Assembly: GCA_038231455.1 (NCBI GenBank)
Contig: JBBRLI010000003.1
Span: 32,001 to 96,000, forward strand
Length of the DNA: 64,000 nt
Origin: Vulcanimicrobiales bacterium
GTDB taxonomy: Bacteria; Vulcanimicrobiota; Vulcanimicrobiia; Vulcanimicrobiales; Vulcanimicrobiaceae
Direction: 5' to 3'
Position 1 is the stretch's first letter; the number at the start of each line of letters is the position of its first letter. Shown here piece after piece: positions 59,227 through 64,000 of the stretch. The position numbers and the translations under genes were made by a program. The notes below the pieces were generated by a model. It had not been told where the DNA came from, made no database searches, and worked only from the letters and a program-made list of their open reading frames with translations.

Positions 59227-60145
59227 GGTGCGGACGCTCGCCCACGGTTACGTGAAGTTCGTGCGCGCCGCCGCCGCGGATAATCGTCAGCGCGACATCG
59301 CGTCCGACCGATCCCGTCCCGAGCAAGCTCGTCACGTCGTCGCCCTCGTTGACTCGCTTGCCGTCGAGCGCAACGATGATGTCGCCGACAATGAGTCCGC
59401 CGCGATGCGCGGGACCACCCGACTCAACGCCGAGTGCGATCACGCCGCCGCCGGGTTCGACCTTCGCGGTATTGGCGAGCGCTTCAGGCAGTTCGAGGGA
59501 CTGCATTGCGATACCCAAGTAGCCACGCGCAACGCGTTTGCCGCTAGCGAGACTCGCGACGACGCGGGCGATCGAGCTTGTCGGAACCGTCAGCGCATTG
59601 CGGCGCGAGAGCCCCCATGTGTTCATCCCAACGATGCGGCCATGCACGTCGATGAGCGGCCCGCCCGAGAAGCGTGGGCTGATCGCAAGATCCGGGCGGA
59701 TGAAGCGGTCGAGTTCGCCTCCGCGCCACGTGCGCCACGCCGCACCAAGCGCGCTGATCACGCCCATGGTCGCGGCGAGGTCGCCGTCGTCGTCACGTGC
59801 GAGCGCAAGGGCAAGCGAGCCAACGCGCAGATCGTCGCCCGGTGCGTGGTCGAGCACGACCGAGGCTGCCCGGTTGGAGCGTAAGAGGGCAATGTCGGTC
59901 GAGCCATCGTGACCGACGATTTTGGCTTGCTCGCTCATCCCATCGGCGTGGACGATCTCGACCGTCTCATCATCGTCGTCGATCGCATGATCGGACGTTA
60001 CGATATGGTTACTATCGATATAAAAACCCGAAGTCGAGAAGCGGCCCCCGCCTTCGACGGCCACGACGGCGCCGCTCGCGCGTTCGATCGTTCCCGCGAT
60101 GTCATTGGAGAGCGCGACGAGCGCGCTTGCTGTGCCTAATTCCAT
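59216..60145 (-). CDS. HtrA-like serine protease with PDZ domain (no signal peptide)
   Basis: TSDHA, TDIALL, PRFSGGPL, RGYLGI. Confidence 0.88.
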   Translation of the reverse strand: MELGTASALVALSNDIAGTIERASGAVVAVEGGGRFSTSGFYIDSNHIVTSDHAIDDDDETVEIVHADGMSEQAKIVGHDGSTDIALLRSNRAASVVLDHAPGDDLRVGSLALALARDDDGDLAATMGVISALGAAWRTWRGGELDRFIRPDLAISPRFSGGPLIDVHGRIVGMNTWGLSRRNALTVPTSSIARVVASLASGKRVARGYLGIAMQSLELPEALANTAKVEPGGGVIALGVESGGPAHRGGLIVGDIIVALDGKRVNEGDDVTSLLGTGSVGRDVALTIIRGGGAHELHVTVGERPHHDR

Positions 60146-60225
60146 AGACGGATTCTACGCTTGGGGCGCCCGAGCCGCATCGCCCGAATGGCTAGCGAAC
60201 CGGGAAAATGGTATACTAGGCCCCG

Positions 60226-60528
60226 ATGCCGAGCGTAACCGAGCTTCTCGAACCAACCCGCATTCAACAGCCGTTGCCGCTGTTCAATGTCATCGTGCAC
60301 AATTGCAATTGCCACACGTTCGATGACGTGATCGTCGCGTTCGTGCGGATCATCAACATGGCTCCCGGCGAGGCATCGCAGAAAGCGTTCGAGATCGACT
60401 ACCACGGCCGCGCGATCGTCGCGACCGTGCACGAAGAACTCGCCGAACTCTACGCCGACCGCCTCAAATCCGAGACGGTCAACCGTCTGGGGACGGCGCT
60501 ACGCGTAAGTATCGTCCCCGCACGCTAG
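60226..60528 (+). CDS. clpS: Clp protease adaptor ClpS (variant pocket)
   Basis: VIVHNCNCHTFDDV, GRAIV, ELAE; TGGTATACT extended -10 ends 8 nt upstream. Confidence 0.8.
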   Translation: MPSVTELLEPTRIQQPLPLFNVIVHNCNCHTFDDVIVAFVRIINMAPGEASQKAFEIDYHGRAIVATVHEELAELYADRLKSETVNRLGTALRVSIVPAR

Positions 60529-60534
60529 TCGGTT

Positions 60535-62547
60535 TTAGCCCGCTTTCGCCGCCATGATCGGCTCGTAGACTTTCTTTGTAATAAAGAGGTCGAGCAGATT
60601 CGCATCGACTTTCCCGCGACCGGCGAATTCCTTGACGAGAATGTCGAGCGCGCGATCGATCGGCATCGCAGCTTTATACGGTCGGTCGTTTGCGGTGAGC
60701 GCATCAAAGACATCGGAAATCGTCATCATGCGTACTTGCGGTGCGATCTCGAGGCCCTTGAGGCCGCGCGGATATCCGGTTCCATCGAGGTGCTCGTGAT
60801 GACCGTACGCGTAATCCGCAACGTTCTGCCACGGCGTTTTCTTCCACGGAATCTCGCGTAGGAAGAGAAACGACTGGGTGACGTGCTGTTCCATTTTGCT
60901 GCGCTCGTCGCTCGAGAGCGAACCGCGCGGAATGCGCAGGTATTGATATTCTTCCTCGGAGAGCAGCGGCTTTTCATCGGCGCCATCCAGATAGTATTTT
61001 TTAAGCAGCGATTCCATCTGTTCGCCGACACCTTCGGCGACGACGCGCGGTTCGTTTGCGCCCTCGACGCTCTCCATGAGCGCGCGCAGCTCGGTCGATG
61101 CATGCAGATGCTCGGACTCGACGTCTTTAAAACGTCGATCGTCGGGCGTGATCCCCGCTTGGAATAGCACGAACTTCTGATGGGCGGCGCGCGTTTCGAG
61201 CTGTTCGATTGCAAGGAGAAACCGGAGGCGGATCGCATCGAGCCGGCCATCGGGCAGCTTTTTTGCTTTGCCGAAAATGTACTCGGGGACCGCGACTTTG
61301 CCAAAGTCATGGAGCAGCGAGGCGTAGCGCATTTCGCGCATCTGATCGGCATCGAAATACATGTTCGCAAACTCGCCGCTCTCGACGTCGTTTGCCGCCT
61401 GCGCCTGAGCGACGGTCAGCTCGGCGACACGCGATGAGTGGCCTTGCGTCGCACGGTCGCGAACTTCGATCGCTTTGACCGAAGCGCGCACGAACTGCTC
61501 GAAGAGATCCTGAATCGATTCGAGCAGACTCTTATTTTCCAGGGCCACGCCGGCTTGCGAAGCGAGCGACGAGAGCACGGCTTCATCGTGAACGCTGAAC
61601 TCTTCGACAACTTGCTCGGTGTGCTCGGGCGATTGCAATTGCAGCGCAAAATCGGGTTTGCGATTGATCAGCATGATCGAACCGACAACCACGTTCTCGT
61701 GGTCGCGCATCGGTACGCACAGCACGGATTTGGTCCGGTAATTGTTCTTGAGGTCGAAGCTGTTATTGAACTTTACTTCGCCCTCGGGATTGAGGTGGTA
61801 GGCATCTTTGACGCGTAGGACGTTGCCGGTGTCGGCGACATAACCCGAGATCGAGGCCCGCGAGAGTGGTAGCATCGCACCCAGATACGCACCGGAGTCC
61901 GTCGGGCCGGTCTGCGCGACGGCAAAACGCAGCTTGCGTTCCCCGTCGGCCTCGGCGATGAGAAAGAGGCTGCCGGAATCGGCGTTCGTGAGTTCGCGCG
62001 CGCTACGCACGATTAGCTGCTGGAGTTTGGTAATATCGCGTTCGGCACTGAGCGAGAGCCCGATCTGCAGCAGCTGTTCGGATTCGCGTGTTTGCCGCTC
62101 GCCGCGCTTGCGTAAGCGGTGCGCTTCCTCGCGGTAGTCCAGGGCCTGCGCAGCGGTCCGCACGGTCGCGAGCAAGGCGCTGGGATCGAGCGGCGCGGTC
62201 AGCCATCCGCCGACGTGCGGGTTCGTTGCAAGATAGGCCGCCGCGGGTTCGCCGGGCTGCGCGACGATAATCGTGCTCGCGCCCTGCGCGACGTCGATGA
62301 CCATGAGCGCCTGCTCGACGGTTTCGCGCGGCCCGAGCGTCGCAAGGCGTTCGTAGTCGATCAGGTAGAGGATGCGCTGTCCGGGATTCACGGTCGTGCT
62401 AAAGGGCACACTCGCAGCGGCGTGCACGATCCCGGCGGCATCGAGGGCGCCTGCAGCGGGCCCCAGTTCGAAACCGTGAGGATAGACGAGCACGAGTGTA
62501 GGCCGCGGGACGACGGATTCGACCGAGGTCGACTCGGAAATGGACAT
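60535..62547 (-). CDS. GAF + HD-GYP cyclic-di-GMP phosphodiesterase
   Basis: GAF (YRTKSVLCVPM, LINRK); LLHDFGK, HHEHLDGTGYP, DVFDALTANDRPYK. Confidence 0.92.
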   Translation of the reverse strand: MSISESTSVESVVPRPTLVLVYPHGFELGPAAGALDAAGIVHAAASVPFSTTVNPGQRILYLIDYERLATLGPRETVEQALMVIDVAQGASTIIVAQPGEPAAAYLATNPHVGGWLTAPLDPSALLATVRTAAQALDYREEAHRLRKRGERQTRESEQLLQIGLSLSAERDITKLQQLIVRSARELTNADSGSLFLIAEADGERKLRFAVAQTGPTDSGAYLGAMLPLSRASISGYVADTGNVLRVKDAYHLNPEGEVKFNNSFDLKNNYRTKSVLCVPMRDHENVVVGSIMLINRKPDFALQLQSPEHTEQVVEEFSVHDEAVLSSLASQAGVALENKSLLESIQDLFEQFVRASVKAIEVRDRATQGHSSRVAELTVAQAQAANDVESGEFANMYFDADQMREMRYASLLHDFGKVAVPEYIFGKAKKLPDGRLDAIRLRFLLAIEQLETRAAHQKFVLFQAGITPDDRRFKDVESEHLHASTELRALMESVEGANEPRVVAEGVGEQMESLLKKYYLDGADEKPLLSEEEYQYLRIPRGSLSSDERSKMEQHVTQSFLFLREIPWKKTPWQNVADYAYGHHEHLDGTGYPRGLKGLEIAPQVRMMTISDVFDALTANDRPYKAAMPIDRALDILVKEFAGRGKVDANLLDLFITKKVYEPIMAAKAG

Positions 62548-62614
62548 CCTGTTGCTTATAACTATCGGTTAGCTGGTCTGTTTCCTATAGGTCCAAGGGC
62601 GGGACCGCCCGTTA

Positions 62615-63049
62615 GTGACGCGAACCATTCGGTCTGTGTTTGAAGAGACGATCGCGAGCCGCATCCGGCCGCTAGCCGAAGCGATGCAAGCGAGTGACCT
62701 CATTCGTGTGAGCGTCGCCGAAACTGACCTTGAAATCGAACTGATACGTCACCCGCGTCCGGCGGCAACGCCGGCAGCGGCGGTCGTCGATCCGTCCGCG
62801 GCTGCGGCCTCCGAGGCGACCTACGAGATCGTCGCGGCGGACCAAGTGGGGATCGTGCGGTTCACGCGCCCGATCGCCGTCGAGGGGACCGTGCTCGAGA
62901 ACGACCGCGAGATCGCTTACGTCGAAGCGCTTGGAATTCGCAATCCGGTCCGCTCCAAAGGCAAAGGGCGGATCGCATCCGTCTTCGTCATCGACGGGCA
63001 GGCGGTCGAATACGGCCAGCCGCTCTTCGCACTCGATCGGGGCGCATAA
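62615..63049 (+). CDS. Biotin carboxyl carrier protein homologue lacking the biotinylated Lys
   Basis: C-terminus DGQAVEYGQPLF is BCCP-like and sits directly before accC, but YVEALGIRN replaces IEAMKxxN. Confidence 0.8.
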   Translation: MTRTIRSVFEETIASRIRPLAEAMQASDLIRVSVAETDLEIELIRHPRPAATPAAAVVDPSAAAASEATYEIVAADQVGIVRFTRPIAVEGTVLENDREIAYVEALGIRNPVRSKGKGRIASVFVIDGQAVEYGQPLFALDRGA

Positions 63050-63054
63050 TCGCT

Positions 63055-64000
63055 ATGTTTCGGAAAGTCCTCATCGCCAACCGTGGCGAGATCGCTCTGC
63101 GTATCAACCGGGCATGCCAAGAACTCGGCGTTCCGACGGTGGCGATTTTCAGTGAAGCCGACCGGCAATCGCTGCACGTCCGCCACGCCGATGAAGCCTT
63201 CTGCGTCGGGCCTGGCCCCGTGGCCCGCTCGTACCTCAATATCCCGAACATCATTTCTGCGGCGTTGATCTCCGGCGCCGACGCGATCCATCCGGGCTAC
63301 GGATTTCTCGCTGAGAACGCGCGCTTTGCGGAAATCTGCAACGACCACGGCTTGCGTTTCATCGGTCCCAAACCGTCGGTGATCGCGACGATGGGCGACA
63401 AGGCGACTGCGCGGCGCGTCATGGCCGAAGCCGGCGTTGCGACGACCCCGGGCAGCGGGATTGTCGATTCGATCGACGAGGCGCGCCTGGAAATCGAAAA
63501 AGTCGGCTATCCGGTGCTGCTCAAAGCGTCGGCTGGCGGCGGCGGCAAAGGCATGCGCGAAGTGCATGCGCCCGAGGATCTCGAGCGCATGTTTACGACG
63601 GCGCGCGCTGAGGCGGAAGCCTCGTTCAACGACGGCCGTTTGTACGTCGAAAAGCTCATCCTTAAGCCGCGCCACATCGAAGTGCAACTGCTCGGAGACG
63701 AGCAGGGCAATCTCGTGCACTTAGGCGAGCGCGACTGCTCGATTCAAAAGCCGTCGCACCAGAAACTCATCGAAGAATCGCCCGCGTTCGAACTGCCGGT
63801 GCACGTGCGCGACCGACTCTACGAAATGGCACTTGCCGCCGGGCGCGCGGTCAATTACACCAACGCCGGAACGCTCGAATTTCTCGTCAGCGGCGAGCAG
63901 ATCTACTTCATGGAAATGAACACGCGCATTCAAGTCGAGCATCCCGTCACCGAGATGGTGTACGGCGTCGACTTGGTCAAAGAACAGATCCGCATCGCAG
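63055..64000 (+). CDS. accC: Acetyl-CoA carboxylase biotin carboxylase subunit (3' end off window)
   Basis: Read manually from ATG 63055: MFRKVLIANRGEIA, IHPGYGFLAEN, GGGGKGM, ERDCSIQ, EMNTRIQVEH. Confidence 0.95.
   Translation, partial: MFRKVLIANRGEIALRINRACQELGVPTVAIFSEADRQSLHVRHADEAFCVGPGPVARSYLNIPNIISAALISGADAIHPGYGFLAENARFAEICNDHGLRFIGPKPSVIATMGDKATARRVMAEAGVATTPGSGIVDSIDEARLEIEKVGYPVLLKASAGGGGKGMREVHAPEDLERMFTTARAEAEASFNDGRLYVEKLILKPRHIEVQLLGDEQGNLVHLGERDCSIQKPSHQKLIEESPAFELPVHVRDRLYEMALAAGRAVNYTNAGTLEFLVSGEQIYFMEMNTRIQVEHPVTEMVYGVDLVKEQIRIA

Overview
A gene-dense, GC-rich bacterial chromosomal segment carrying about 65 CDS and one tRNA-Ser(UGA). I saw no integrase, transposase, CRISPR array or rRNA. 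Bacillota-like gene orders (tilS-hpt-ftsH, yabE-rsmA, rluB-aroH-aroF-tyrA, folC-folP-folB-folK) and a CGAAC-N4-GTTCG SOS box occur together with a diderm TonB-ExbBD system. This fits a diderm Terrabacteria lineage such as Ca. Eremiobacterota (inference only). Most of the window is housekeeping, but several things stand out. (1) A LexA-boxed promoter drives an apparently catalytically dead RNase H-fold protein, separated by a single in-frame TAG from a 3-methyladenine DNA glycosylase. (2) The accB-position BCCP homologue before accC lacks the biotin-accepting lysine (EAMK replaced by EALG), recalling plant BADC proteins. (3) At least five genes have conserved N-termini that no ATG/GTG/TTG can reach; three have ATA or CTG in a 4-nt overlap with the upstream stop codon. 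(4) A two-gene pseudo-enzyme operon (degenerate tandem HD-GYP plus degenerate adenine methyltransferase) is followed by a 278-bp element with 65-bp terminal inverted repeats. (5) A structured leader RNA precedes a G5/3D cell-wall protein. (6) A Pel-like polysaccharide operon has a GAF-REC protein beside pelF. (7) A secreted TonB-C/TPR fusion heads an exbB-exbD-exbD-tonB cluster. All calls come from reading motifs by eye; no searches were run.
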